Assembly: GCF_003918875.1 (NCBI RefSeq)
Contig: NW_025765592.1
Coordinates: 372,001 to 436,000, forward strand
DNA: 64,000 nt
DNA from: Haliotis rubra
Lineage: Eukaryota
Direction of reading: 5' to 3'
The position numbers and the translations under genes were made by a program. The notes under the pieces were generated by a model. The model did not search any database. It was not told where the DNA came from and saw only the letters and a list, made by a program, of their open reading frames with translations. Numbering within the stretch: position 1 is the stretch's first letter; the number at the start of each line of letters is the position of its first letter. Below are positions 24,174 to 37,445 of the stretch, one piece after another.

Positions 24174-25782
24174 TACTGAGTCTAGTAGAAGGTCACGTTT
24201 GGGCGACCTATGACCGTTCAATCAAACGCGAGACGGCCGAACGGACTTAACCAATCAGACAACGACTACTTGTTAGGGTTCGGCGGGACTTACAAAACGC
24301 TTTTGGTACTTTCTCTTCCCTGGTCGCTGACACGGGGTGTTCCTCTTTTGCCAGTCGGGCAAGTTGTTTATTTAGGGATTAAGAGGATCACCAGACCATG
24401 TTAATTAGCAAGACAATGATGGGGGATGACTGAGGAGATGACCAAGCCAAGAAAGAGGGCTATCATTTGTATTTTTATGTTCAGCATACATAAATGACCC
24501 AGAAAACGAAAATACAGAGAACTTAACGATAGACTACAGACAGAAAAAGACCATCTTCAAGCAGGAACTAAGACCATGTTAGAATATGGAGATGCTGTTT
24601 CTCATCTTGTTGGGCTTTAAAGTCAATTGTGTATGAACCATCATTGTGGACATTGATGATGTATGATTGTGATTAGTACCTTATCAATTTCTTATATTTA
24701 CGCAGTTACATAATGATAAACATTGTGTACAGTTATGTATGTTATGTGTTACGTATGATTGTGATTAGTAATTTATCAATTTAGGTATGCGAACACAAAA
24801 ATACAAATGATAGTCCACTTGTGTCACTTGTGTAAATGGCCTGTGGTCTGTTCTCACTGTATCCTTGAGGACGACAAGGAAATGGTCTCTGTAGCTTGTG
24901 ACCAAGTCGTCCCTGGTGTTAATCGTTGCTCAACAAGAAGGATACCAACATCTCCAATGTGTTGTATCACGCTTGCTAGTCATAATTCGAAACTTATATC
25001 CCTGATACACTAAATGTCTACCACCTCGACCATTTGGAACAAACTGAACGTTCACCAAAGCATTTGCCATCATGGGATAAAGTGAACACTTGTCATAACA
25101 TGGCACCTTATATACCTTACAGTAAAACAACATTGTTATTTATTGCTGTTCTAGATACATGGAGATGTATGGGGAACATGGAGATGTATGGAGAACATGG
25201 AGATGTATGGGGAACATGGAGATGTATGGAGAACATGGAGATGTATGGAGAACATGGAGATGTATGGAGAACATGGAGATGTATGGAGAACAGCCATGTA
25301 ATAACTGAACCAAAAATCATTCCCTCTACTAGTGAAGGCCGTGTGGGATTAGTTAAACAAACAAACCCAGTCAACCATGCCTCATAATCCTCTTACTCCT
25401 TAAATAAATAACTTGTCCGGATACCACCGCTGACACTGATCTATCAACAAACGAAAATCCGCATAAAGCACAGATATATTTTTAACTGCTGTATATACGC
25501 TTATGGGTTTCTAATGACATGGTTACTATTTGCTCATATTTTCGCAAGATGACATCCTTGAATATTGACAAAAACGCTGTTATCTGCGACTGTTTACTCA
25601 CTGTTTGTATCACTCTGAAGCGATCGTCGGAAAATAGCATTCGGAATCGTTCGAGTTTTTGAGGTAAAGGTTCAAACGGTATGTGCGAATGTTAACTTTC
25701 GTGATTTGGTAAGCTGTGTTCTGATTTGTCAGTCCAAAAGGTTAGCTGACGCGACCTTCTACTAGGTTTTGTTAGACTCAGT
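24174..25782. mobile_element. Mutator (MULE)-like rearranged derivative with a FLYWCH zinc-finger remnant
   Basis: Imperfect TIRs (actgagtcta...ctagtagaaggtc). Minus strand 24930-25060 reads FVPNGRGGRHLVYQGYKF...HWRC (FLYWCH-like). Plus strand ~24510-24620 reads KYRELNDRL...LEYGDAVSHLVGL*, like a MULE C-terminus. Confidence 0.6.
25158..25291. repeat. Short tandem repeat of acatggagatgtatgg(a/g)ga units
   Basis: Direct observation. Confidence 0.9.
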
Positions 25783-26345
25783 GTAGCAGTGTAACAAATA
25801 ATACTGAGTCTAAGTTTACTAAGCCTGTTTAAAATTATACTTACAAATTAAAACAAATTACTGCAGAGCAATTGTTTGTATGTTGTTTAACGCCGCACTC
25901 AGCAATATTTTAGCTAGATTTCTGTAAATAATCGAGTCTGAAGCAAACATTCCTGTGTTAACATCATGCGCAAATGGGATACCAGCAAGCAAGTAAGCAA
26001 GCCTGACCCTCTGATCCGTTAGGCGCATCTTACGCTGCTGAAGACCAATTCTAACCTGGATCTTCACAGATGCAGTGCAGCTGCTATGGAAGAACAGAGT
26101 AGAGTGGCTGAGATAGCTACAAAGTCAGCAATATATAGTCAGCGACGGTCATCTAAACTGTGTGAAATATCAGGGGGTGATGAAGGTCAGAGAATGGTTC
26201 ACTCCACTGTCCTCAAGTGACAATTATTAGAAACAACTACAACATATAACACTGATTCTGTGATTATCTAAGAACATGAATTGAAAAGCAACAAAAGTTT
26301 ATCTGTTAATGTATCTTAAAAAAAGTTGTGTGTTTTCTTTTCAGA

Positions 26346-28984
26346 ATGTGGACAGGAATGAAACTTGCATTTGCGACGCTTGTGACGTTGTTGCTTGAGT
26401 TGCATGTTGCAAAAACACAGAAAGTGTCAACACTAAATGGCCTCTTCTAGGACAACGTCTGTCAGTGTTGGGCAAGTCCCTTGACGTATTCTATGGAATC
26501 CCATATGCCAAGCCTCCTGTAGGTGATCTCCGATTCAAGCACCCTCAACCTTCAGAGTCATGGGGACCGGAAGTTAGAGATGCACAAAAACCGACGTCAT
26601 CTTGCTTCCAACCAAAAAATGCTCATGGCAGTGATGAAAGTTACAAACAGATGCCCGATGATTACAGTGAAGACTGCCTTCATCTTACAGTGTGGGCGCC
26701 ATCAGACAATGCTGGCAATCTGGCAGTGATGGTCTGGATCCACGGTGGAGGTTTTTATATTGGATCTACAAGACTGCCACTGTATGAAGGAAAATACATT
26801 GCAGCAGAGAATGGAGTCATCGTTGTTTCAATGAATTACAGATTGGGGCCTTTAGGGTTCAGCTACCTTGGTCCAGATACCATCCCTGGCAACATGGGCT
26901 TGGTGGATCAAAGATTAGCCTTACAGTGGGTGAAAGACAATATTGCTAACTTTGGTGGAGATCCAAAACGGGTGACCATATTTGGAGAAAGTGCTGGTGG
27001 TGCAAGTGTAGGTCTACACCTGGCATCACCGCTGTCACGTGACCTGTTTGACAGAGCAATAATGCAGAGTGGGACTCTCATCTCCCTATTTGCAGACCAC
27101 ATGCCCAAAACAGCAATACGGACACTGAAGAGACTTGCTGATCACCTTGAGTGCCCTTCATCTTCAACTGATACAGAGATATATGAGTGCTTGAAGACAG
27201 TAGATGCACAAACTATGGCAGACCTTCAGCTAGGTTTGTTCGGTGAAGGAATTGCATTTCGTCCAGTTGTGGATGGGTACTTCCTCCCCGATGACCCCAA
27301 AATTCTTCTGTCCACTGGCTCCATCAAGCAGACCAGTGTATTGCATGGTTTTACTAAAGATGAGACAGCACTGTTTTCTGCAATGATATTGAAGCAGATG
27401 AGAAACGTATCAACATTACCTGAATCACTCATTTTAAGTCGTCAAGAATATGATAATTTTATTTCATTTGACATGCTCACTGGAACAGACATTGAAGAGC
27501 CTATTCGTCTGTTTTATGAAAGTCAGATACCCCTTCTAAAGGACACGGACTATTTAGAGGTCGTAACTCGTGCAACTTCAGACAGGGGATTTAAGTGTCC
27601 TCATCTTGAGTTTGACAGATTATATTCTCCTGCTAACCCTACCTATGTCTACAGCTTTAATCATCGACTGTCAATTAGTCCGTATCCAAAGTGGATGGGA
27701 GCACCCCACTGGTACGAGCTTGACTTTGTTTTGGTTGGGTTCTGGAAAAGTCTCTGGGATGTACAGAGGAGGAGATGGAACTCAGCAGGACCATCATGAC
27801 GTACTGGACCAACTTTGCCAAGTCCGGGTGAGTGAGTGACTGAATGAGCGAATGAAATATACATTCAATGATAAAAACGTTTTACTAAGTCACCCTTCTT
27901 TAAATTATACCACAGATAAATGTGTATAAAATAATCATGATTTCTTGATGTTTTCTTATGTGTATCCAGCGATCCAAACGCTCCTGTCCCCGTCAAGGTG
28001 AACTGGCCAGCCTCTGACAACACTGATCTCTCCTACATGGCCCTTGACGTGGGCAGCAAATTAGCAGCAGGACATGGGGTAGTCCACCATGAATGTGTCT
28101 TCATCAACAGGATTCTACCCATGATTTCTAAAGGTAAATCTATAATGGTACATTGGTTCCTGGTACACATAAATGAATATTTTAGAAGTGACTTGGATAC
28201 TTCTCTTGTTTGGTTGAATATTTACGATGATAAGTAATGTTGTTGATTTTCTTTAATTATCACGAATGGTTGGAACAGACTCGTTTATATTGGTAGTTGT
28301 TGATTCTCAAGTTAAAACAAAATAGTTAACAGGGAATCAGTCTGTACGAGAATTGTGTGTGAAATTGAGAAACAAAAAAGATGTAATTAAACATTGTATT
28401 TCTTAAATTGTAAAGTCGCAAATCAATACAAAGACTTCACTTTGGGAGAGTGAGTGAGTGAGTTTAGTTTTACGCCCACACTCTGTAATATATGGCGGCG
28501 GCCAGTAAATAATCAAGTCTGGACCAGACAATCCAGTGATGAGCATCGATCTACACAACTGGGATACGATGACACACTTTGGCAGAACAAAATAGAGTGG
28601 CAGTACAAAGTCAGAGGTATAATATAACAGCAGTGATTGTAGACATAAAGACAATGATGGTCATAGTGACCTGTCAGCAATAGAAATTCAACTTGGAAGA
28701 AAGGGCCAGGCAGAGAGTATACAAAGTTTAAAGTGACCACTCACAATACTGGTCTTCTTGTGACTCGAGATGTGATGTGAGATGAAAGGCAATAGCTAAG
28801 TAAGATTCACTGACTGAATCTACAGGTACAAAGTATACCTTGAAACATTGTTGCACAACGTTTAACACTGCCTCATGGCAGCATGTTCATGCCAATATGT
28901 TCAATAGTGCAGCTATGGAAATTATGAATTCATGGTTGTGTTTCAGACCCACCGGAGGGGCAGGAGTACTGCACAAGAGGATGA
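26346..28984 (+). CDS. Cholinesterase-like copy D (exons 26346-27827, 27970-28133, 28947-28984); two frameshifts in this assembly
   Basis: 444-aa ORF with HGGGF, GESAG, KDE and GAPHWYE. -1 indels at ~26441 (cc) and ~27730 (T4 where the paralogs A and E have T5). Confidence 0.88.
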
Positions 28985-30615
28985 AAGGACAGCATCATAC
29001 TAATCTGACCCAAGTTAAAATACTGATACATCATTAACTTTTAAAGCTGTTTTGAACTGTATCTAAAGCCTCCAGAGATATTGTGACGCTGTTTATACAG
29101 CTTAACCGCCAATCACAGTCACTTCCACAATCACCCAACCACATCCAATACACCTATCAAAGACTTCGTGGAATAATTGTGTTGTTCCTCATGGTTTCAT
29201 GTTGAATCTATTTTACATACTGCGGCAAGTAAGTGATCTGGTAGATACGTTATCGACTGAGGCAAGTCAATTGGCGTATGTGTGGTAGCTGCATTGGTAA
29301 CCCGATTTTACGTATCATATTTGCATTGCTAAGTGTAATTATGTATACGATATCTACACTGACTAGTCAACTGGCACAGTTGCTATCTTCTCATACAAGT
29401 CAACTGCTATACACGTGAGTCGACTATACGAGTAGGTCAGCTGGTCTACAGAGGTGCATTGCCTGGATATGACAACATAAAGATATGGTGTAAACGTATT
29501 TAAAAAACATTCACACCAAGTAACCCATGAAGATCTGGGTCATAAGAGACGATGAAACGGATCGTGTGGGTGCATCACCGTATCCCATTTAACATGGGTA
29601 CATGTTCATGATGTCAATGACTGGATGGTTGGTCCACAGACCTCAACCACCACGACTCCAACAAAAATGGAAATATGACAACTGCTAGTCTAGACTGTGG
29701 ACGCTGTGTACCCCTCTAATTGGCACGGCTCCCGCGGCCGACAACATCCACTTGTCCGACTTCCATTTTTGTGGAAGTCGCGGTGGCTGAGCGGGCTAGC
29801 GGCTGACTTTGTGTGATGGCGATTAGGTACCTGACTCTGAGGGTGTGGGTTCGAATTCCGCATGGGACTCAACCCAACAAAAGTACTAGAATCTGTACTT
29901 TGCTAAGAAAGTGTAATCCCAAATATAACATGTGTTACATTTGACCACTCTCTAAATGGCATAGTGTAATAATAGCTTTTGGCCGTGGGAGCCGTGCCAA
30001 TTAACGCTTATCAGAGGGGTACACAAAGTCCGCACTCTAGGCTACCAGTTGTCCGACTTCCATATTTGTGGAAGTCGCGGTGGCTAAGCGGGTTAGGCGG
30101 CTGTCTTTGTGCGCTGGCGATTAGGTGCCTAACTGTGAGGGTGTGGGTTCGAATCCCTCATGGTACTCAATCCAACAAAAGTACAAGAATCTGTTGTTTA
30201 CTAAGAACGTGTAATCCCAAATATAACACATGTTACCAGATAAATAAACACACAAACAAACAAACCCATTGCAGGGTTACACTAGTTGTTTTTTTAAAAA
30301 ACAGTGAACTGAAATTTCATTCAAATAAACTTTAAACTGATTTCAAAAGTCAATTTGTACGAAATTTCAGTTGCCTTGATGTGGCTTGAAAGCATTGCAG
30401 GTGTCAGACGTTTACACAACAGGTGAAATCCACAGGCATGGATATCGTGACTATAACCAAATAGACATGATTGTACAACGCATTAAACGTAGGGGGTATT
30501 GAATACAAATGTGTTACAAATATTGACATTTTATCATGAAAAATATAGTGTAAAAGGGACATTTGCCAAACCTACATCCTGTCCATCTCGATATATTTAC
30601 CATGAAGAGTCAAAA

Positions 30616-31427
30616 TCATAAATACCGTTTGAATCTGCCTCTATTCTCAAGACAATCTCGGATTCGTCGAGACATACTTTTCGTGAAACGTCCAATGTAA
30701 ACTTGGTTCATTCTATCCCATTCTTCCTGCAGCGCTTCGCCAAGTTCATTAAGAGTGGTGGGTGGTTGTTGACTCCGTCTAAGGATATCCCAGACATGTT
30801 CGATGGGTGATAAGTCTGGACTAAGTGCTGGCCATGGTAAGGTGGTTATGTTCTCCTCCTGGAGGATGTGTTCTCCTACTGGAGGATATGTTCTCCTCCT
30901 GGAGGATATGTTCTCCTCCTGGAGGTTATGTTCTCCTCCTGGAGGTTATGTTCTCCTCCTGGAGGATATGTTCTCCTCCTGGAGGATATGTTCTCCTCCT
31001 GGAGGTTATGTTCTCCTCCTGGAGGTTATGTGTTTCCTCCTGGAGGTTATGTTCTCCTCCTGGAGGATGTGGATATGTTCTCCTCCTGGAGGATGTGTTC
31101 TCCTACTGAGGTTATGTTTCCTCCTCCTCCTGGATGTTCTCCTCCTGGAGGTTATGTTCTCCTGGAGGTTATGTTCTCCGAGGATGTGTTCTCCTCCTGG
31201 AGGTTATGTTCTTCTCCTCTCCTGGAGGTTATGTTCTCCTCCTGGAGGATGTGTTCTCCTCCTGGAGGTTATGTTCTCCTCCTGGAGGATATGTTCTCCT
31301 CCTGGAGGTTATGTTCTCCTCCTGGAGGTTGTGTTCTCCTCCTGGAGGTTATGTTCTCCTCCTGAAGGATATGTTCTCCTACTGGAGGATATGTTCTCCT
31401 CCTGGAGGTACTCCGTAACAACAACGA
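30616..31427 (-). mobile_element. Tc1 remnant with the 20-bp minisatellite (30846-31408, ~28 units); duplicate of 3470-4822
   Basis: Flanks near-identical to 3470-3710 and 4800 onward. Confidence 0.85.
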
Positions 31428-32682
31428 TGTCTTTAAGTAATGTGACGTACGCTAATCGTAGGATAACATGCGGAGGTCATTTTTCACTGTAATACGCAAC
31501 ACACTGACTCGTGTCACTGTATGTTTCAAAAAATTTACCCCAACCGCTTGCAAGAAATTCATAAGATATTTTCAATGGAATAATCAATTTCTAACCCCCT
31601 ACAATCATGCAACCTCGTTTCCAGTTACTCCCAAATGAAAATATTCCCTACTTTTTTAACTGTACAGATAACATAAATCAGAGGTAACTGAGTTAGTATG
31701 AACAAGGTTATTGAGCGGAGCTGTACCTTGACTTCAGGTGGAGAATCTGCAAGTCATCCAGCAAGGCCGTCAGTCTGATTACAGTATGTGTAAAGTAAAC
31801 TCAGGGGGACTTCGATCATGCAGTCAATAGTGTTTGCAGGGGGATAGAATGACATGATTTTAACCAAGTTATCAAGCCAAACAGACACTTTAAGTCGTTT
31901 GCTACAACACATATGGATCCAGAAGCATTTCTTAGTGACCCAACACAAGTAATATATATAGTCGTTCATAAAACCTCATGCCCTCATTTGATCGTGACAT
32001 ACCCTGTAGTGATTACTGAACAGTGGGTGAGTGGTTCAGTGAGCGAGTGGTTCAGTGAGTGGGTGAGTGGTTCAGTGAGTGGTTGAGTGGTTGGGCGGTT
32101 GAGTGGGTGAGTGAGTGAGTGACTTTGGGCTATAAAGTTGAAAGTAATATACTGTTATAGAACACTCACTTACGTATGCACGCATTGACTCACTCACTCT
32201 TAAACCATTCAGTTCTCAATTGAACAGACATTCCGAACTCACCTATACCTTGTCAAAGACAGACATCTTATGAACGCACCACCATTTCGCTTTATCGCCA
32301 CCCCTAAACACAACGCATGGGATGCACGTGCACAACGCAGTAGCTCCATACACGTGCATGGGGTGTCATTTTTTTATTTTGACGGTTTTCAAAAATATCG
32401 AAAAATCATTTTCACAATCATTTTGCATCACATTTTTCTAGCCGTTTTGGTTCTTTTTGGTTTGAAAATGAAAATCATATACATGCAAATTTCACGTCAT
32501 ACACAAATCATCTTTCAAGAGCGATAACTGTACGAACAACTATTGTCATAAGAAACAGTCCCAAAACAGTCATTATTATAATATCAACATTCATTGACTC
32601 CCATATATCGCCCAATTTTTTCAATCTTAAAATATAAATGAGGTTTCCCTACTTTTCTCGAGGAGCATATATCTGAGATTTT

Positions 32683-32779
32683 GCATGTCACGCTAACCAG
32701 GTCATATCACTGGTGTAACAGCGTCTGTGTGTACACCCCAGTGCAGCGTCCACAGTACAACTGTAGAGTCAGGTACAAG
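32683..32779 (+). promoter_or_regulatory. Putative promoter / non-coding exon 1 of copy E
   Basis: Near-identical to 6071-6167; AAG|gtgagt donor. Confidence 0.65.
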
Positions 32780-33849
32780 GTGAGTGTCTAATGAAAAATG
32801 GTATTGTTGTCCTTCAAATACCTTTGACGTTTATATACTTGTTGAAATATAGGTAATGGCTAGCAGTGTTGTTACTCCAACAGTTTATCTTTGAGGATTC
32901 AGTATGGATATACCTGCATACAAGAAGGACTGTATAATACTTACTCTTACCCGGAGACATTCATGTTGTTTACAAGCGATTGTTCCTTTTAAAGTGGCAG
33001 TCACACCTTCATGATATTCTGTTCAATTTCATGGTGTAGTTTGTGTTATCAATATAAATACTTTCGGATGCGTCTCTGTTCATTCAGAAACACAGGGGTA
33101 CCGTTAAGGAATAGATTGTAATGTGACTGTGAACCGTATTCAGTTTACCTAAGAATGAAAATTAATGGCAGATTAATCCACAGACGAGATCATAAAATTC
33201 ACCAACCGTTTGACAATCTTGACCGCTGGGTCTCTTTTACATACAATGAAGTCATGTCTACCACGTCATCATACTCAGCAAAGTCTATGCATTCTGTTCT
33301 AAACCAGCAACGTCTAGTCAAGATTCCTTTATCATCATCATAAGATTTACACCCATCATAACAGCTTTCAAAAGACTGTAGACAGATCCAAGAAATCTTC
33401 AAGCATTATTCTGACTGTGACGTCATGTCTACCACGTCACCATACGTAACCTTCCAAATTGTATCTCTATGTATTTTCTGTTCCACCATCACCGCTACAA
33501 TTCTTCAATGTAATTACAATCGCAGTACGAAATACAATGGCAGAGGTGACAACAAAGTCAGTGATAAATAATATTCCCACATCAGCAACAGTACTCAAGC
33601 TTCCAAAACAGACGTATACTAAATATCCGAGGTGAAAAGATGATGTTCACAGAATGCTGGACACCACTGTCCACAAGTAACAATCTCAACATCATTATCC
33701 TGCATTAAACAGTGATATCACACGAACCATCTTGGTTATTAGTGTCACATTTCCTGTGTAAAGAACTGTGATTAATTAGGAACATGAATTGAAAAGGATC
33801 AAAGGTTTAACTGTAAATCGTATCTTAAAATTCGATATGTTCTTTCAGA

Positions 33850-36800
33850 ATGTGGACAGGAATGAGACTTGCATTTGCGACGCTGGTGACGTTGTTGCTG
33901 GTGTTGCCTACTGTGAAAACAAAGGAAGTGTCAACTTTAAATGGCCCACTTCTAGGACAACGTCTGTCAGTGTTGGGCAAGTCCCTTGACGTATTCTATG
34001 GAATCCCATATGCCAAGCCTCCTGTGGGTGATTTTCGCTTCAAGCACCCTCAGCCTTCAGAGTCATGGGGACCGGAAGTAAGGGATGCACAAAACCCGAC
34101 GCCATCTTGCTTCCAACCAAAAAATGCTCATGGCAGTGATGAAAGTTACAAACAGATGCCCGATGATTACAGTGAAGACTGCCTTCATCTTACAGTGTGG
34201 ACACCATCAGAAAATAGTGGCAATCTAGCAGTGATGGTCTGGATCCACGGTGGAGGTTTTTATATTGGATCTACAAGACTGCCACTGTATGAAGGAAAAT
34301 ACATTGCAGCAGAGAATGGAGTCATCGTTGTTTCAATGAATTACAGATTGGGGCCTTTAGGGTTCAGCTACCTTGGTCGAGATACCATCCCTGGCAACAT
34401 GGGCTTGATGGATCAAAGATTAGCCTTACAGTGGGTGAAAGACAATATTGCCAACTTTGGTGGAGATCCAACACGGGTGACCATATTTGGAGAAAGTGCT
34501 GGTGGTGCAAGTGTAGGTCTACACCTGGCATCACCTTTGTCACGTGACCTGTTTGACAGAGCAATAATGCAGAGTGGGACTCTCATCTCCCCATTTGCAG
34601 ATAACATGCCCAAAACAGCAATACGGACACTGAAGAGACTTGCTGATCTCCTTGAATGCCCTTCATCTTCAACTGATACAGAGATATATGAGTGCTTGAA
34701 GACAGCAGATGCACAAACTATGGCAGACCTTCAGCTAGGTTTGCTCGGTGAAGGAATTCCATTTCGTCCAGTTGTGGATGGGAACTTCCTCCCCGATGAC
34801 CCCAAAAGTCTTCTGTCCACTGGCTCCATCAAGCAGACCAGTGTATTGCATGGTTTTACTAAAAATGAGACAGCACTGTTTTCTGCAATGATACTGAAGC
34901 AGATGAGAAACGTATCAACATTGCCGGAAACACTCATTTTAAGTCGTCAAGAATATGATAATTTTATTTCATTTGACATGGTCACTGGAACAGACATTGA
35001 AGAGCCTATCCGTCTGTTTTATGAAAGTCAGATACCCCTTCTAAAGGACACTGACTATTTTGATGTCGTGACTCGCGCAACTTCGGATAGGGATTTCAAG
35101 TGTCCTCATCTTGAGTTTGACAGATTGTACTCTCCTGCTAACCCTACCTATGTCTACAGCTTTAATCACCGACTATCAATTAGTCCGAATCCAAAGTGGA
35201 TGGGAGCACCCCACTGGTACGAGCTTGACTTTGTTTTTGGTTGGGTTCTGGAAAAGTCTCTGGGATTTACAGAGGAGGAGATGGAACTCAGCAGGACCAT
35301 CATGACGTACTGGACCAACTTTGCCAAGTCCGGGTCAGTGAATGAATGAGCGAATGAAATATACATTCAATGACGAAAACGTTGTATTAAGTCACCCTTC
35401 TTTAAATTATACCACAGATAAATGTCTAAAATAATCAAGATTTCTTTAAGCTTTCTTATTTGTATCCAGCGATCCAGTAATTTTAAATGATACCAAATAT
35501 ATCATACAGTTTCAAATCTGTATCCAGCGATCCGAACGCTCCTGTCTCCGTCAAGGTGAACTGGCCAGCCTCTGACAACACTGATCTCTCCTACATGGCC
35601 CTTGACGTTGGCAGCAAATTATCAGCAGGACATGGGGTAGTCCATCACGAATGTGTCTTCATCAACAGCATTCTACCCATGATTTCTAAAGGTAAATTTA
35701 TAATGGTACATTGGTTCCTGATACACATAATTAAATGTTTTTTAGATGTGACTTGGATACTTCTCTTGTTTGGTTAAATATTTACGATGATAAGTAATGT
35801 TGTTGTTTTTCTTCAATTATCACGAATGGTTGGAACTGACTCGTTTATATTGGTAGTTGCTGATTCTCAAGTTAAAACTATATAGTTAACCGGGACTCAG
35901 TCTGTAAGAGAATTATGTGTGAAACTAAGAAACAAAAAAGATGTAATTAAAAATTGTATTTCTAAAATTGTAAAGTCGCAAATCAATACAAAGACTTCAC
36001 TTTGGAAGAGTGAGTGAGTGAGTTTAGTTTTACGCCCACACTCTGTAATATATGGCGGCGGCCAGTAAATAATCAAGTCTGGACCAGACAATCCAGTGAT
36101 GAGCATCGATCTACACAACTGGGATACGATGACACACTTTGACAGAACAAAATTGAGTGGCAGTACAAAGTCAGAGGTATAATATAACAGTAGTGATTGT
36201 GGGAGTAAAGACAATGATGGTTATAGTGACCTGTCAACAACAGAGGTATAATATAACAGTAGTGATTGTAGGAGTAAAGACAATGATGGTCATAGTGACC
36301 TGTCAACAACAGAGGTATAATATAACAGCAGTGATTGTAGGAGTAAAGACAATGGTGGTCATAGTGACCTGTCAACAACAGAGGTATAATATAACAGCAG
36401 TGATTGTAGGAGTAAAGACAATGATGGTCATAGTGACCTGTCAGCAACAGAGGTATAATATAACAGCAGTGATTGTAGGAGTAAAGACAATGATGGTCAT
36501 AGTGACCTGTCAGCAACAGAGGTATATATAACAGCAGTGATTGTGAGTAAAGACAATGGTGGTCATAGTGACCTGTCAGCAACAGAGGTATAATATAACA
36601 GCAGTGATTGTAGGAGTAAAGACATGGTGGTCATAGTGACCTGTCAGCAACAGAGGTATAATATAACAGCAGTGATTGTAGGAGTAAAGACAATGGTGGT
36701 CATAGTGACCTGTCAGCAACAGAGGTATAATATAACAGCAGTGATTGTAGGAGTAAAGACAATGGTGGTCATAGTGACCTGTCAGCAACAGAGGTATAAT

Positions 36801-37445
36801 ATAACAGCAGTGATTGTAGGAGTAAAGACAATGGTGGTCATAGTGACCTGTCAACAACAGAGGTATCATATAACAGCAGTGATATAAAACAGCAGTGACC
36901 TGTATGGTGGTCAAGACAAGTGACCTGTCAGCAACAGAGGTATAATATAACAGCAGTGATTGTAGGAGTAAAGACAATGGTGGTCATAGTGACCTGTCAG
37001 CAACAGAGGTATAATATAACAGCAGTGATTGTAGGAGTAAAGACAATGGTGGTCATAGTGACCTGTCAGCAACAGAGGTATAATATAACAGCAGTGATTG
37101 TAGGAGTAAAGACAATGATGGTCGTAGTGACCTGTCAGCAATAGCAATCCAACTTGGAAGAAAGGGCCAGGCAGAGAGTAAACAAAGTTTAAAGTGAACA
37201 CTCACAATACTGGTCTTCTTGTGACTCGAGATGTGATGAGAGATGAAAGGCAATAGCTAAGTAAGATTCACTGACTGAATCTACAGGTACAAAGTATACC
37301 TTGAAACATTGTTGCACAACGTTTAACACCGTCTCATGGCAGCATGTTCATGCCAATATGTTCCATAGTGCAGCTATGGTAATTATGAATTCATGGTTGT
37401 GTTTCAGACCCACAGGAGGGGCAGGAGTACTGCACAAGAGGATGA
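33850..37445 (+). CDS. Cholinesterase-like carboxylesterase copy E, intact, 561 aa (exons 33850-35333, 35528-35691, 37408-37445)
   Basis: Signal peptide; triad Ser (GESAG, 34495), Glu (KNE, 34867), His (35212); GGGF oxyanion loop; three cholinesterase-type Cys pairs. Spliced length 1686 nt is in frame. Confidence 0.93.
36172..37142. repeat. 69-bp minisatellite, ~14 units, in intron 3 of copy E
   Basis: Period 69 (36172 to 36241); single-copy at the same site in A and D. Confidence 0.95.

Noticed and set aside
36073-37201. His/Cys-rich repeat ORFs suggesting a metal-binding protein
   Set aside because: 69-bp minisatellite inside intron 3 of copy E; single-copy in the paralogs.
33850-37445. 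Assigning the symbol ACHE/ace or BCHE, or calling the genes neuroligin-like
   Set aside because: The W84 equivalent and several gorge aromatics are absent and orthology is untested. The triad is intact and there is no transmembrane segment, so they are not catalytically dead adhesion proteins.
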